Positions 16,897 through 27,377 of a DNA stretch of 64,000 nt are shown here, in pieces. Within the stretch, counting starts at the first letter, position 1, and each line of letters begins with the position of its first letter. Origin of the DNA: an uncultured bacterium (GTDB lineage Bacteria > Fermentibacterota > Fermentibacteria > Fermentibacterales > JCC-6); assembly GCA_964541235.1 (NCBI GenBank), contig CAZIPI010000014.1:666-64665 (forward strand), written 5' to 3'. The position numbers and the translations under genes are program-made. The notes below the pieces were generated by a model. It was not told the origin of the DNA. It saw only the letters and a list, made by a program, of their open reading frames with translations, and ran no database searches.

Positions 16897-18092
16897 TAGC
16901 GGCTCACCACGCTCAGCAGGACCCCTGCGGCAATGGCGCTTCCAATGACCCCGGCCACGTTGGGACCCATGGCGTGCATCAGAAGGTGGTTCTTCGGGTC
17001 GGCCCTGCGGCCCTCCATCTCAGCTACCCTGGCGGCCACCGGGACTGCGCTCACACCGGCGGCGCCCACCAGGGGGTTGATGCGGTTCCCGCCCTTAAGG
17101 AAGAGGTTCATGAACTTGGCGAACAGCACCCCGCCGGCGGTGGCTATGGCGAAGCTCACCACACCCATGGCGAAGATCTTCAGGGAGGACAGGGTGAGGA
17201 AGGTGCCGGCCAGGGTGGTGGTTCCAACACTGAACCCCAGAAGCACCACCACGATGTTGTTCAGCGGGCCCTGCGCCCCCTCGGCAAGCCTGCGGGTCAC
17301 GCCGCTCTCCTTGAGAAGGTTGCCGAAGAACAGCATTCCCAGCAGCGGGATGGCGCCGGGAACGATGAAGGCCGTAACGATGAAAGCCACGATGGGGAAG
17401 AGGATCTTCTCCTTCTGGCTCACGAGCCTTGCCGGCTTCATTCGAATTGCGCGTTCGGCGGGAGTGGTGAGCAGCCTCATGATGGGGGGCTGTATCACAG
17501 GGACCAGCCCCATGTATGAGTATGCGGCCAGGGCTATTGCCCCAAGGAGATGGGGCGCCATCTGGCTGGCCACGAAGATGGCCGTGGGGCCGTCGGCGCC
17601 GCCGATTATGCCTATGGCCGAGGCCTCGCTGAGGCTGAAGTCGAGGAAGAGGGAGCCTATCAGCGTGAGGAAAATGCCTATCTGCGCCGCGGCACCCAGC
17701 AGGAGCAGCTTCGGGTTGGAGAGCATGGCGCTGAAGTCGGTCATCGCCCCTATCCCCAGGAAGATCAGCGGCGGGAAGAGCCCGCTCTTCACTCCGAAGT
17801 AGATCAGGCTGAACACGGAGCCAGGCTCCTGGTAGCCAATGGGCATAAGGGCCGGGTTGTAGGGCATGTTCCCGGCTATCATGCCGAAGCCTATGGGGAT
17901 CAGGAGAAGGGGCTCGTACTCCCTCCTGATGGCCAGGTAAACGAAGACGAGACCCAGGGCGATCATCACCAGGTTGCCCCAGGTCACCTGGCCGAACCCG
18001 GTGTCCCTCAGGAAACCGGCGAAGCTTATCCCTTCCCGGTCACCGGCTAGAAGGCACTGGAGCGCGGAGGCGAGGGAGGAGGCTTGCGACAT
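16896..18092 (-). CDS. Na+-transporting decarboxylase beta subunit (OadB/MmdB/GcdB family)
   Basis: Polytopic membrane protein with the characteristic NPLVGAAGVSAVP segment. It lies in an operon with a carboxyltransferase and a biotin carrier. Confidence 0.75.
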   Translation of the reverse strand: MSQASSLASALQCLLAGDREGISFAGFLRDTGFGQVTWGNLVMIALGLVFVYLAIRREYEPLLLIPIGFGMIAGNMPYNPALMPIGYQEPGSVFSLIYFGVKSGLFPPLIFLGIGAMTDFSAMLSNPKLLLLGAAAQIGIFLTLIGSLFLDFSLSEASAIGIIGGADGPTAIFVASQMAPHLLGAIALAAYSYMGLVPVIQPPIMRLLTTPAERAIRMKPARLVSQKEKILFPIVAFIVTAFIVPGAIPLLGMLFFGNLLKESGVTRRLAEGAQGPLNNIVVVLLGFSVGTTTLAGTFLTLSSLKIFAMGVVSFAIATAGGVLFAKFMNLFLKGGNRINPLVGAAGVSAVPVAARVAEMEGRRADPKNHLLMHAMGPNVAGVIGSAIAAGVLLSVVSR

Positions 18093-18101
18093 GGGCCCCT
18101 C

Positions 18102-18539
18102 CTATCCTATGCTCATGATAAGGGCGTTTTCCAGCACTGTGTCGCCCTCGCTGACGGAGATCCGGGTTACCTGGCCGGCCAGCGGAGATTCGATCTCGTT
18201 CTCCATCTTCATGGCTTCCATGATGGCCACTATCTGGCCCTTCTCCACGGTATCCCCCTGCCTGACGAGTATCTTCAGCATGTTCCCCGGCAGCGGGGAG
18301 AGTATGTCGCCCTTGTTCCCGTGGCCCCCGGGCGCCGTGGTCCGGTCCGGTGACGCCGATGCGTCGTGCACCCTCTTCTCCCGGACGATGGTGGGTGTCT
18401 TGGCGGGCTTCCGGGAGGGCGATTCCACGGTGGCGGTGAAGGTCCTGTCGCCCAGCCGAACCTCGACCTGGTCGTCCTCAAGCCTGCCGATGCTGACGCT
18501 GTAGGTGTTTCCGCAGATGGTAACATTGTACTCGGGCAT
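18102..18539 (-). CDS. Biotin carboxyl carrier subunit of the decarboxylase
   Basis: Biotinyl domain EAMKMENEI (AMKM). The likely start is MPEYNVT at 18539, preceded by GGAGGG. The track ORF is over-extended to 18677. Confidence 0.7.
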   Translation of the reverse strand: MPEYNVTICGNTYSVSIGRLEDDQVEVRLGDRTFTATVESPSRKPAKTPTIVREKRVHDASASPDRTTAPGGHGNKGDILSPLPGNMLKILVRQGDTVEKGQIVAIMEAMKMENEIESPLAGQVTRISVSEGDTVLENALIMSIG

Positions 18540-18937
18540 CACACCCTCCTGTCCCTGAGCCTCAGGCTTGTACGGGCAAGAAGGGTCTTGGCCCTCCCCG
18601 CAAGCCGCCAGGGTGAGTAAGGTTTGTCGTGGTCCTGCCACGTGATCTTTCTTTCGCATTCCTGATCGAGCCGGCACAGGTGGGTGTGGATCGCCACCGC
18701 CACCGCGGCCACTTCCTCGGGGGTGAGGCTCTTCTGCGCATCCGGCGCCGCCTTCTTCAGAACAGGGAGGGGGCTTCCGGACTCGGCCGCTCTCCTGAGA
18801 AGGGGGAGCAGCAGCGCCAGCAGCGCCAGACCGGCGAACACGGCGGCGACCCCAAGAACGGTCACCTGAACCCCGTCGGGCAGCAGTGAGGCCCCGGAGG
18901 ACTGGACAAGCGCCGAAAGCAGTGCCGCCGCCATCAT
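18539..18937 (-). CDS. OadG-like small membrane subunit of the Na+-pumping decarboxylase
   Basis: ~130 aa with a single TM helix ([21 protein letters not shown]) between mmdA and the biotin carrier. Its stop overlaps the downstream start (GTGATG). Confidence 0.45.
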   Translation of the reverse strand: MMAAALLSALVQSSGASLLPDGVQVTVLGVAAVFAGLALLALLLPLLRRAAESGSPLPVLKKAAPDAQKSLTPEEVAAVAVAIHTHLCRLDQECERKITWQDHDKPYSPWRLAGRAKTLLARTSLRLRDRRV

Positions 18938-20484
18938 AACGGTATGTTCCCGTGCTTCTTGGAGGGGATCTCCTGCCTCTTGCCCTGAAGCATCTCGAGG
19001 CTGCGGATTATCCTGAACCTTGTTTCCCCCGGCGTGATGACGGCATCAATGTAGCCCCGGGACGCTGCGTCGTAGGGGTTGGCGAACTTGTCGCGGTACT
19101 CCTGCACCAGCTCCGCCCTTCTGGCTTCGGGGTCTTCGGAGGCAGCCAGCTCGTTCCTGAAGATGACGTTCACCGCACCCTCGGGACCCATCACGGCGAT
19201 CTCGGCCGAGGGCCAGGCGTAGTTCACGTCGCTGCGGAGATGCTTGGAGGACATGACGTCGTAGGCTCCGCCGTAGGCCTTTCGAGTGATGACCGTGATC
19301 TTGGGCACTGTGGCCTCGGCGAACGCGTAGAGAAGTTTCGCGCCGTTCCTTATGATGCCGCCGTACTCCTGCTTGGTTCCCGGCATGAAGCCCGGAACGT
19401 CAACGAAGGTGACCAGTGGAATGTTGAAGGCATCGCAGAACCTTACGAAACGCGCGGCCTTCACCGAGGCGTCTATGTCCAGCACTCCCGCAAGGAAGCT
19501 GGGCTGGTTGGCCACCACCCCGACAGGCTTTCCGTTCATGCGCCCGAACCCGATGATGATGTTCTGGGCGTACGCCCTCTGTATCTCCAGGAACTCGCCA
19601 TGGTCAACGATGGCCGCAATGATCCTGCGCATGTCGTAGGGCTTGTTGGGATTCTCCGGAACGAAGTCTTCCAGCCATTCCTCGGCACGGTCGGGAGCGT
19701 CGCTGCAGGGTGTTGCTACCGGGTCCTCCATGTTGTTCTGCGGGATGTAGCTGAAAAGCTTCCTAACCAGAAGGAGGGCTTCCTTCTCGTCCTTGCACAC
19801 GATGTGGGAGACACCGCTTCTCTGGCTGTGCACGAAGGGGCCTCCAAGCTCGTCCTTCGTGACGTCCTCGCCGGTCACGGCCCGCACCACGTCAGGCCCG
19901 GTGACGAACATGTAGCTGGTGTTCTCCACCATTATGGTGAAGTCGGTTATTGCCGGGCTGTAAACGGCCCCTCCAGCGCACGGGCCGAGGATGACGCTGA
20001 TCTGCGGTATCACACCGGAGTAGAGGACGTTCTTCAGGAAGATGTCGCCGTAACCCGCCAGGCTCTCGATGCCCTCCTGTATCCTTGCGCCTCCGGAGTC
20101 GTTGAGGCCGATTAGGGGAGCGCCGTTCTGCGCGGCCAGGTCCATCACCTTCTTGATCTTCTCGGCGAAGGTCTCGGAGAGGGACCCCCCGAACACGGTG
20201 AAATCCTGGCTGAACACATAGACGAGCCTGCCGTCTATGGTGCCGTACCCGGTCACCACGCCGTCGCCGTAGTACTTCTGCTTTTCCAGGCCGAAGTTGG
20301 TTGACCGGTGGGTCTTCAGCTGGTCGAACTCCTCGAAGCTGCCGTCGTCCAGAAGTATCTCGAGCCTTTCCCTGGCGGTGAGGCTTCCCTGGGCGTGCTG
20401 TTTCGCGACCCTCTTCTCCCCGCCCCCCTGCAGCGCCAGTTCCCTGAGCTTCCGCAGCTTGCTGTTCCTGTCCGTTGAGCCCAT
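18934..20484 (-). CDS. mmdA: Methylmalonyl-CoA decarboxylase alpha subunit / acyl-CoA carboxyltransferase
   Basis: Full-length carboxyltransferase (516 aa) with conserved motifs. Confidence 0.8.
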   Translation of the reverse strand: MGSTDRNSKLRKLRELALQGGGEKRVAKQHAQGSLTARERLEILLDDGSFEEFDQLKTHRSTNFGLEKQKYYGDGVVTGYGTIDGRLVYVFSQDFTVFGGSLSETFAEKIKKVMDLAAQNGAPLIGLNDSGGARIQEGIESLAGYGDIFLKNVLYSGVIPQISVILGPCAGGAVYSPAITDFTIMVENTSYMFVTGPDVVRAVTGEDVTKDELGGPFVHSQRSGVSHIVCKDEKEALLLVRKLFSYIPQNNMEDPVATPCSDAPDRAEEWLEDFVPENPNKPYDMRRIIAAIVDHGEFLEIQRAYAQNIIIGFGRMNGKPVGVVANQPSFLAGVLDIDASVKAARFVRFCDAFNIPLVTFVDVPGFMPGTKQEYGGIIRNGAKLLYAFAEATVPKITVITRKAYGGAYDVMSSKHLRSDVNYAWPSAEIAVMGPEGAVNVIFRNELAASEDPEARRAELVQEYRDKFANPYDAASRGYIDAVITPGETRFRIIRSLEMLQGKRQEIPSKKHGNIPL

Positions 20485-20503
20485 TCCTGAAGAACCCTTT
20501 CCG

Positions 20504-20905
20504 TCAGTGCTGGCAGAGTTCGGTGAGAACCCTGCCGCTGGCCCTGGGGTGAATGAAAGCTATCTTCGTGCCTCCGGCCCCGGGTCTTGGTGTTTTGTCT
20601 ATCATATTCACCCCGGCCCCGGTCAGCTCGACCACCGCCTGAGCGGCGTCGGAGACCGAGTAGGCGATATGGTGCACTCCCTGCCCCCGGGACTCGAGGA
20701 AGGCGGCCACGGGGCTGTCGGGGGATGTGGGCTCCAGAAGCTCTATCCTGGATTCGCCCACGGCGAACATGGCCACTCTGACCTTCTGGGAGGGAACTTC
20801 CTCGATCCCGATAAGCTCGAGCCCCAGCACGTCACGGTAGAAGGCCATGGACTCATCGAGGTTCTCCACCCCGATGCCTATGTGGTCGATCTTCTTGATC
20901 TTCAT
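20504..20905 (-). CDS. mce: Methylmalonyl-CoA epimerase (VOC/glyoxalase family)
   Basis: 133 aa; [28 protein letters not shown]...HHIAY. Confidence 0.7.
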   Translation of the reverse strand: MKIKKIDHIGIGVENLDESMAFYRDVLGLELIGIEEVPSQKVRVAMFAVGESRIELLEPTSPDSPVAAFLESRGQGVHHIAYSVSDAAQAVVELTGAGVNMIDKTPRPGAGGTKIAFIHPRASGRVLTELCQH

Positions 20906-21852
20906 TCCGGGATCATCCTTTCGACGACCCGGGCAAGCCTTTGCCCGACTTCGTAAGGTGTTGTGGAACCTTCTGATATCTGCTGCAAAAGAACTTCCTT
21001 TGGACCGTACTCCCTGAGAAGGAGCCTCTCGGCGAACATGGCCCCGCGTTCTGCGAGTATGGACTGAAGTGTTCTGCGGGTGTTCTCGAGCCTCCGCTTA
21101 ACGGGGTCCACCTGTTCAAGCATGGAATCAACGGCCTGCCACAGGGCTTCGAGCCCCAGGCCGGAAACGGAGGAGACCCGTGCCACGGGAGGTTTGGGCC
21201 TTTCCGCGGGGACAAGCTCAAGCGCCGCCGCCACCGCTGCCTCGAGCTGGTCTATCCCGGGCCTGTCCGCCTTGTTAAGGACTATGAGGTCGCCGATCTC
21301 CATGATCCCGGCCTTCATGGCCTGAACGTCATCCCCTGCCCCCGGAACCAGCACGAGCATGGTAATGTCCGCAACCTCGGCGATCTCCACCTCGGCCTGT
21401 CCCACACCCACCGTCTCGAGGATCACGGGATCGTAGCCGGCGGCGGCCATGAGCATGGCTGCGTCGCGGGTGGCTCCGGAAAGCCCTCCCAGGTGCCCGC
21501 GGCTGCCCATGCTTCTGATGAAGACGGCCGGATCGGTGGAGTGGGACTGCATCCTCAGCCTGTCGCCCAGCAGGGCGCCTCCTGTGAAGGGGGATGAGGG
21601 GTCAACCGCCAGAACTCCCACCCTGGCCCCCCGTTTCCGGAAGTGGCCTATCATCCTGTCCAGAAGCGTGCTCTTCCCTGCCCCGGGAGGGCCGGTGACG
21701 CCAATGGTCCGGTGGTGTGGAACCGACGGGAAGAGGGCATGCAGCAGACCCGCGGCCTCGGGGGCACCGTTCTCCACAATGCTCAATCCCCGGGCAAGCG
21801 CCCGGATATCGCGGCCTGTAATGCCCTCTGCCAGGGATTCCCCGGGGATCAT
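20902..21852 (-). CDS. meaB: Methylmalonyl-CoA mutase-associated GTPase MeaB/ArgK
   Basis: P-loop GVTGPPGAGKST and NKAD motifs. Confidence 0.8.
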   Translation of the reverse strand: MIPGESLAEGITGRDIRALARGLSIVENGAPEAAGLLHALFPSVPHHRTIGVTGPPGAGKSTLLDRMIGHFRKRGARVGVLAVDPSSPFTGGALLGDRLRMQSHSTDPAVFIRSMGSRGHLGGLSGATRDAAMLMAAAGYDPVILETVGVGQAEVEIAEVADITMLVLVPGAGDDVQAMKAGIMEIGDLIVLNKADRPGIDQLEAAVAAALELVPAERPKPPVARVSSVSGLGLEALWQAVDSMLEQVDPVKRRLENTRRTLQSILAERGAMFAERLLLREYGPKEVLLQQISEGSTTPYEVGQRLARVVERMIPE

Positions 21853-21855
21853 ACG

Positions 21856-22257
21856 TCAGCTTCTGTTCTTCTGTTCGTTCTCGATGAATGAGATCACATC
21901 GGAGGCGGGCGTGCCGGGGGTGAAGATCGCCCTGAACCCCGCTTCCATGAGGCCCGGGATGTCCTCATCGGGTATGACGCCGCCGCCGAAGAGCACTATG
22001 TCCGGGGCGCCCTTCTCCCTGAGTATCCTGGCCACTTCAGGAAAGAGGTGGTTGTGGGCTCCGGAGAGAAGCGAGAGCCCCACGAAGTCAACATCCTCCT
22101 GAACCGCGGCATCGGCGATCGCCTGGGGGGTCTGCCTGATGCCGGTGTATATGACTTCCATTCCAGCGTCGCGGAGAGCCCTGGCGATGTACTTGGCCCC
22201 CCTGTCATGACCGTCCAGCCCGGGTTTGCCGATAAGAACCCTTATCCTGCGCTCCAT
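21856..22257 (-). CDS. Methylmalonyl-CoA mutase small subunit (B12-binding domain)
   Basis: [36 protein letters not shown]12-binding DxHxxG motif. The track ORF is extended to 22377. Confidence 0.7.
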   Translation of the reverse strand: MERRIRVLIGKPGLDGHDRGAKYIARALRDAGMEVIYTGIRQTPQAIADAAVQEDVDFVGLSLLSGAHNHLFPEVARILREKGAPDIVLFGGGVIPDEDIPGLMEAGFRAIFTPGTPASDVISFIENEQKNRS

Positions 22258-22441
22258 GGATGCCTCTTTCCGGTTTTCCGGGAGCTTCCGCTCCAAAAGG
22301 TGGGTACGCCTATATTGCGTATCATCTTCAATTTCACCGTTTCTGTAAAGACAGCGCCCTTTCTCGGGCAGGTCCATGGAACAATATTACACAGGTGCTG
22401 TTACTCACTGAGCGTGCCACAGCAAAAGGAAAGGTATATCA

Positions 22442-22906
22442 ATGAAACTCGCAGCGACCCTGTCCTTACTGGTTTCCGCCATGGCTTTCGCAGTCGTCTC
22501 CCCGGCCACCATCGCAGGCTATCTGGATGACATCAACGCCACCTACCAGCAGGACGAAGACGTTTTCTTCATCGTTCAGACCGACGAGGAAACAGGCGAT
22601 GCCTACGCCATCTTCTACATCGAGATCAACGAGGTCATGGACGCCTGCTTCATGGCCGGCCCCACGCCCGGCCTTGTTCCGGCATCGGGAGCGGGAAGGC
22701 TTCAGGCCCTTGAGCTTATTGCCAACCTGAACAGCACCTATCCCTTCGTGAAGTTCGAAGCCGACCCTTCCACCGGCGAGGTCATGTGCACTTACACCTT
22801 CACCACCGAGAACGGGATCGGGTTCGAGGCCTTCACCGCCATGATAAGCGTTATCTTCAGCACCATAGAGGAGACGGCGGACGATTTCATCGCCCTGAGG
22901 CAGTAG
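22442..22906 (+). CDS. Hypothetical secreted protein (YbjN-like?)
   Basis: Signal peptide MKLAATLSLLVSAMAFA; no diagnostic motifs. Confidence 0.35.
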   Translation: MKLAATLSLLVSAMAFAVVSPATIAGYLDDINATYQQDEDVFFIVQTDEETGDAYAIFYIEINEVMDACFMAGPTPGLVPASGAGRLQALELIANLNSTYPFVKFEADPSTGEVMCTYTFTTENGIGFEAFTAMISVIFSTIEETADDFIALRQ

Positions 22907-22931
22907 GTCACCGGGGATCAGGGGGGGACAG

Positions 22932-23966
22932 ATGTACGGAAGCATTGCGATATGCTCCGGCAGGGCCAGTACAGGGCTCTGCAGGAGTGTCTGCAGGATC
23001 CTGGGAATAGAGCCCGAACCGGTTGAGTTCCACCAGTTCTCCAACGGGAACATGATGGTGAACTTCCCCGGAGGAACTGTGAGGGAGAAGGACGTCTTCA
23101 TCCTCCAGTCCGGGGAACGGTCCATTCTGGGCGACAAGACCGAGTCCTACCGCACGGTGGCCGGCGACATCCTGGAACTGCTTCAGATGATCAGCGCCCT
23201 GAAGGACAGCGCCGGGCGCATCACCGCTGTGACCCCCTATTTCCCCTACGCCAGAAGCGACAAGAAGGACAAGCCCCGGATCGCCATAACCTCCAAGATG
23301 ATCTTCGACCTCATAGCGGCGGTGGGCGCCCACAGGGTGCTGGCAATGACCCTTCACTGCCCCCAGAGCCAGGGCTTCAGCAACATTCCGGTGGATCAGC
23401 TCCACGCCTACACCGTTTTCATCAACAGGATACTTGGAATGGGGTGCGAGAAGCTGGCCTTCATAGCCCCCGACTCGGGCTCGATACTGGACAACGACTT
23501 CCTCGCACTCCACGCTGCCAAGGGCATAAGGGACGCCGGAGGCTCTCCTGACATCACAACGGGCTACGTGAAGAAGGTCCGTGTTGACGACAGCGAGAAG
23601 CCCCTGGTGCGCACCGTCGAGGGAGTGGACGACCTGGCCGACAGGACCGTCATCATGAGCGACGACGAGATCCTGAGCGGCCGAAGCCTGATACTCTGCG
23701 CAGAAACAGCGAAGGCAAAGGGCGCCGGTGAGATATACGCATTCGTCACCCATGCCATACTAAGCGGAGAAGCGGTTCGAAGCATCGAGGAAAGCCCGAT
23801 AACAAGGCTGTACATCACCGACACGGTGGAACTGGACCGGGAAGCCGCTGAAAGGGTCAACGGAGGCCCCCTTACCAAGATAGAGACACTTTCCGTTGCG
23901 CACATCTTCGCCGAGGCCATAAAGAGGATCCATCAGGGCCGAAGCCTGAGTTCCCTCTACCTCTGA
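22932..23966 (+). CDS. prs: Ribose-phosphate pyrophosphokinase (PRPP synthetase)
   Basis: PRPP-synthetase-like architecture with VDQLHA and the C-terminal SVAHIFAEAIKRIHQGRSLSSLY. Confidence 0.65.
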   Translation: MYGSIAICSGRASTGLCRSVCRILGIEPEPVEFHQFSNGNMMVNFPGGTVREKDVFILQSGERSILGDKTESYRTVAGDILELLQMISALKDSAGRITAVTPYFPYARSDKKDKPRIAITSKMIFDLIAAVGAHRVLAMTLHCPQSQGFSNIPVDQLHAYTVFINRILGMGCEKLAFIAPDSGSILDNDFLALHAAKGIRDAGGSPDITTGYVKKVRVDDSEKPLVRTVEGVDDLADRTVIMSDDEILSGRSLILCAETAKAKGAGEIYAFVTHAILSGEAVRSIEESPITRLYITDTVELDREAAERVNGGPLTKIETLSVAHIFAEAIKRIHQGRSLSSLYL

Positions 23967-24289
23967 TGGAAAGGCTGCCCTTCGACGATCACCTCGACCC
24001 AAGGGGTTTCGTGGTCAACCCTCTGGAAGGCATCGGCAACACCGGTGTCGTGACCAACTGCCACGCCTTCTCAATCAACCCCGGCTGCTCCCGGGGCGGG
24101 CACTCGCACCCGGACCGTAACGAGAAGGTGCTCCTTCTTTCGGGAAAGATCGCCGTGACCACCCCCGACGGAACGGAGGAGTTCTCCGCTCCGGCTCTGA
24201 TCGGGCTGGGGCCGGGCGAGTTCCATACGTTCAGTTGCCAGGGACGTGAGCCTGCCGCGGTGCTGTGCTGGAGCGACAGGCAGGGCTGA
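23966..24289 (+). CDS. Cupin domain protein
   Basis: GGHSHPDRNEKVLLLSGK...GEFHTF cupin motifs. Confidence 0.5.
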   Translation: MERLPFDDHLDPRGFVVNPLEGIGNTGVVTNCHAFSINPGCSRGGHSHPDRNEKVLLLSGKIAVTTPDGTEEFSAPALIGLGPGEFHTFSCQGREPAAVLCWSDRQG

Positions 24290-24297
24290 CGGGGACC

Positions 24298-25467
24298 CTA
24301 GCTCTCCGGATAGGCGCTTCGTATCTCCCAGAGGTGGTTCATGGTTGACATGAACGGCTCCCTGAGCGCCGGGTCGAACTTCCTGCCGAACAGCGGCGCC
24401 ATGGTGCCGGCTGTCCGGCACAGGTCCCATGGATCCTTGTAGCACCGCCTGCTCCCAAGCGCGTCGAAAACATCCGCAACGGACGTTATCCTGGCCCAGA
24501 ACGAGATGTCGTTCCCCGAAGAGCCGGCCGGGTATCCCGAACCGTCCCAGTTCTCGTGATGGTCCATGGCTATCTCCCTGGCCATCTCATCGAACGAGGT
24601 CTCGCACTTGTCCAGGATGCCGGCGCCTATCCCGCAATGGCTCTCCATGACCCGGCGCTCCTGACTGGTGAGGGGGCCCGGCTTCTTGAGTATGCTGTCG
24701 GGTATCCCCACCTTTCCAACATCGTGGAGCATGGCGGCCATTCTGAGAACATCGCGGTTCACGGCCCTCTCCTTCTCCGGCACCGAGTTCATGGACGCCC
24801 AAGCGTCGTACAGCGCCAGGGCGCAGGCAGCCACCCTGTTCACGTGGGGTCCGGTCTCCCTCGGGTCCCGGAGTTCAGCCATGTTTATCATCCGGAGAAG
24901 AAGGGTGCGGGTCATCATTGCCCGTTCCAGGGCCATGGCCGCCAGAGTGGCGAAATGGCCGGCGAAGGGTATCACCTCGTCCGTGAAGGGTGCAGGAGCG
25001 CCCCGGTGGTCCAGGGCGTTGATGAGCTGAAGGACCCCGACGACCCTGCGCCTGTTGTTGCACAGGGGAAGAGTCAGGCTGGAAACGGTGCGGTAGCCGG
25101 AGGCCCTGTCGTAGCGCTGCGCGAAGGAGTAGGGTGCGTCCCCGGCTATGGCGCCAACATCAGGTATCGAGAGCATCTCGCCGGTTGCGGCCACGAAGCC
25201 GGCGATGCTGTCGGTGTTGATCGGGACGGTGAACCGGGTGTAGGGGATCCTGGCCCCCTTTGCGGCCAGTGTGTCGTTCTGGGCATGCCTGAACGAGAGG
25301 GTGTCGCCTTCGCGGGTATAGACCGAACCCGCGTCGGCTCCGGTGGCCAGCCTGGCCTCGTGAAGGATCTTCTCCAGCAGTATGTCCAGGTCGTTTATCT
25401 CCTTGAAGACACCGTCCAGCTGGAGCACCCTCTGCAGCCTGTTGTCATCCCGGGAAACGGTGGTCAT
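24298..25467 (-). CDS. GAF domain / HD-GYP phosphodiesterase (c-di-GMP signalling)
   Basis: HDVGKVGIP and HHENWDGSGYP motifs. Confidence 0.7.
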   Translation of the reverse strand: MTTVSRDDNRLQRVLQLDGVFKEINDLDILLEKILHEARLATGADAGSVYTREGDTLSFRHAQNDTLAAKGARIPYTRFTVPINTDSIAGFVAATGEMLSIPDVGAIAGDAPYSFAQRYDRASGYRTVSSLTLPLCNNRRRVVGVLQLINALDHRGAPAPFTDEVIPFAGHFATLAAMALERAMMTRTLLLRMINMAELRDPRETGPHVNRVAACALALYDAWASMNSVPEKERAVNRDVLRMAAMLHDVGKVGIPDSILKKPGPLTSQERRVMESHCGIGAGILDKCETSFDEMAREIAMDHHENWDGSGYPAGSSGNDISFWARITSVADVFDALGSRRCYKDPWDLCRTAGTMAPLFGRKFDPALREPFMSTMNHLWEIRSAYPES

Positions 25468-27377
25468 CCCTCCTCCAGCACCTGCCTGATCTTGGCGGCA
25501 AGCTCCATGGTGCCGTAGGGTTTGGGGATGAAGTGAAGGCCCTTCTCGAGAACACCCTGCCGGGCGATGATCTCCTCGGAGTAGCCGGATGTGAAAAGCA
25601 CCTTCACGGCGGGCCTTCTCTTCTTCAGGGTTTCGGCCAGGGTGCGCCCCCCGATGACGGGCATGACCACATCCACAAGAAGCAGATGGATCTCCCCGCT
25701 GAAACCGTCGGACAGTTCCAGCGCCTGGGGGCCTCCGGCGGCCGAAAGCACGGAGTAGCCGAGTCCGGCCAGCGTCTTCTCGGAGATGCTTCTGACCATG
25801 TCGTCGTCTTCCACCAGAAGCACCGTTTCCGAACCCCCGCTGCCGGGCAGGGCCGGTGACGCTTCAGCGCCCTCCATCACGCACTCCGCCCTGGGAAGAA
25901 GAACACGGAAGACCGCCCCTTCCCCCGGCCTGCTCTCCACCAGCAGATGTCCCCGGTGCTGTCTGACGATGCCGAACACGGTGGACAGGCCCAGACCTGT
26001 TCCCTCGTTTGGCCCCTTGGTGGTGAAGAAGGGTTCGAACACCCTTTCAAGCGTTGCCTGGTCCATTCCGCAGCCGTCATCGGCCACGAACACCTCGGAG
26101 AACTCCCTGACCAGGTCCCCATCGTCTTCCTCCACCCTGTCCGCAGGAGGAGGGCATGAGGCCCTGGTCCCAATGGTGATGCTCCCTTCGGTGGATATGG
26201 CGTCCCTGGCGTTCACCACAAGGTTGATGACCACCTGCTCCAGCTGTCCGGGGTCCACGAGAACGCACTTGGCCTCTGGATCAAGCTTCCATACAAGGTT
26301 GATGTCCGGTCCGACTACCTTTCCGATCATGCGGTCCAGTTCCGCCAGGGTCCCGTTAAGGTCCACCGGCTTCGGCTCTATGATCTGCTTCCTGCTGAAG
26401 GCAAGGAGCTGCCTTGTGAGCCTGGCCGCCTTCTCGCCGGCCCTCAGGATGTCCTCAAGAGCGGGGGATATCTCCGGTGACCCGGGGGGGAGGCCGGCGG
26501 CCACCGATGCGTTGCCGATTATGGCCGTGAGCAGGTTGTTGAAATCGTGGGCCACCCCTCCCGCCAGCCGTCCCACGGTCTCCATCTTCTCGGAGTGCCT
26601 GAGCCTGGCTTCGAGATGGCCTTTTTCGAGGCTCAGCTCCTCTATCCTGGCCATCTCGTCCCTGAGTATCTGGTTGGAGCGTACCAGCTCCGCGGTCCGC
26701 TCGGCGATCCTGTTCTCAAGGCTCCTGTTCGACGCTGCCACAAGGGCCTTCTCGGCGGAGAGGCTCCACTGGAGCGCATACTGGTACCTGTGGGAACGCT
26801 CAAGCCTGCGGCAGGCCCCGATGCAGACCACGCTCATGCTCACGAAGAAGAAGCTGTTCAGCAGCCTGACGGGCGCGGGGGTATCGGTGAGGAAGTGGTT
26901 CACCAGGATGAAGCCCAGCAGGATCAGCAGCCATCCGGCGGCGGCCCAGACGAACCTGATCCCCATGAAGACCAGAAGGCTCACCATGACAAGAAGGAGG
27001 CCGGTCTGATAACCGGTCCTGACCAGCTGGTTCCCGGTGACTATCATGACCGTTATGCCCGCCGCTCCCAGAACCATCAGGAGCGTGGTGAGGGGCTGGT
27101 GATACCTCTCGAACCAGCCGGCCCCGGAGACCAGCAGGAACAGCACCACCAACGGCATTACCAGGGCGAACCTGATGAAGAGGAAGGTCCCCGCGCTGCC
27201 CGGGTCGATCCGGTGGTCGAGGATGGCGAACGAGGCGTACATCACGGCCAGTATCACGATGGAAACCCTTACGCGGTACAGGGAGTCGCGGAAGCTGTCC
27301 TTCCGGAACGGCTCCTCAAGCGCCTTCCACTGGCCGCAGAAGGCCAGAGTGAACGGGTGCAGCCTGACAGATCGCAT
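25464..27377 (-). CDS. Hybrid sensor histidine kinase / response regulator with N-terminal membrane sensor
   Basis: TM-rich N-terminus, H-box VAHDFNNLLTAIIG, G-boxes GTGLGLS, and a C-terminal REC domain (LLVEDDDMVR...VDVVMP). Confidence 0.8.
   Translation of the reverse strand: MRSVRLHPFTLAFCGQWKALEEPFRKDSFRDSLYRVRVSIVILAVMYASFAILDHRIDPGSAGTFLFIRFALVMPLVVLFLLVSGAGWFERYHQPLTTLLMVLGAAGITVMIVTGNQLVRTGYQTGLLLVMVSLLVFMGIRFVWAAAGWLLILLGFILVNHFLTDTPAPVRLLNSFFFVSMSVVCIGACRRLERSHRYQYALQWSLSAEKALVAASNRSLENRIAERTAELVRSNQILRDEMARIEELSLEKGHLEARLRHSEKMETVGRLAGGVAHDFNNLLTAIIGNASVAAGLPPGSPEISPALEDILRAGEKAARLTRQLLAFSRKQIIEPKPVDLNGTLAELDRMIGKVVGPDINLVWKLDPEAKCVLVDPGQLEQVVINLVVNARDAISTEGSITIGTRASCPPPADRVEEDDGDLVREFSEVFVADDGCGMDQATLERVFEPFFTTKGPNEGTGLGLSTVFGIVRQHRGHLLVESRPGEGAVFRVLLPRAECVMEGAEASPALPGSGGSETVLLVEDDDMVRSISEKTLAGLGYSVLSAAGGPQALELSDGFSGEIHLLLVDVVMPVIGGRTLAETLKKRRPAVKVLFTSGYSEEIIARQGVLEKGLHFIPKPYGTMELAAKIRQVLEEG

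Noticed and set aside
22258-22441. Possible cobalamin riboswitch upstream of the B12-binding mutase subunit (contains GCCACAG)
   Set aside because: The segment lies 5' of the divergent plus-strand gene at 22442, and not in the 5' UTR of a B12-related transcript. It also lacks the extended B12-box consensus. The evidence is too weak.
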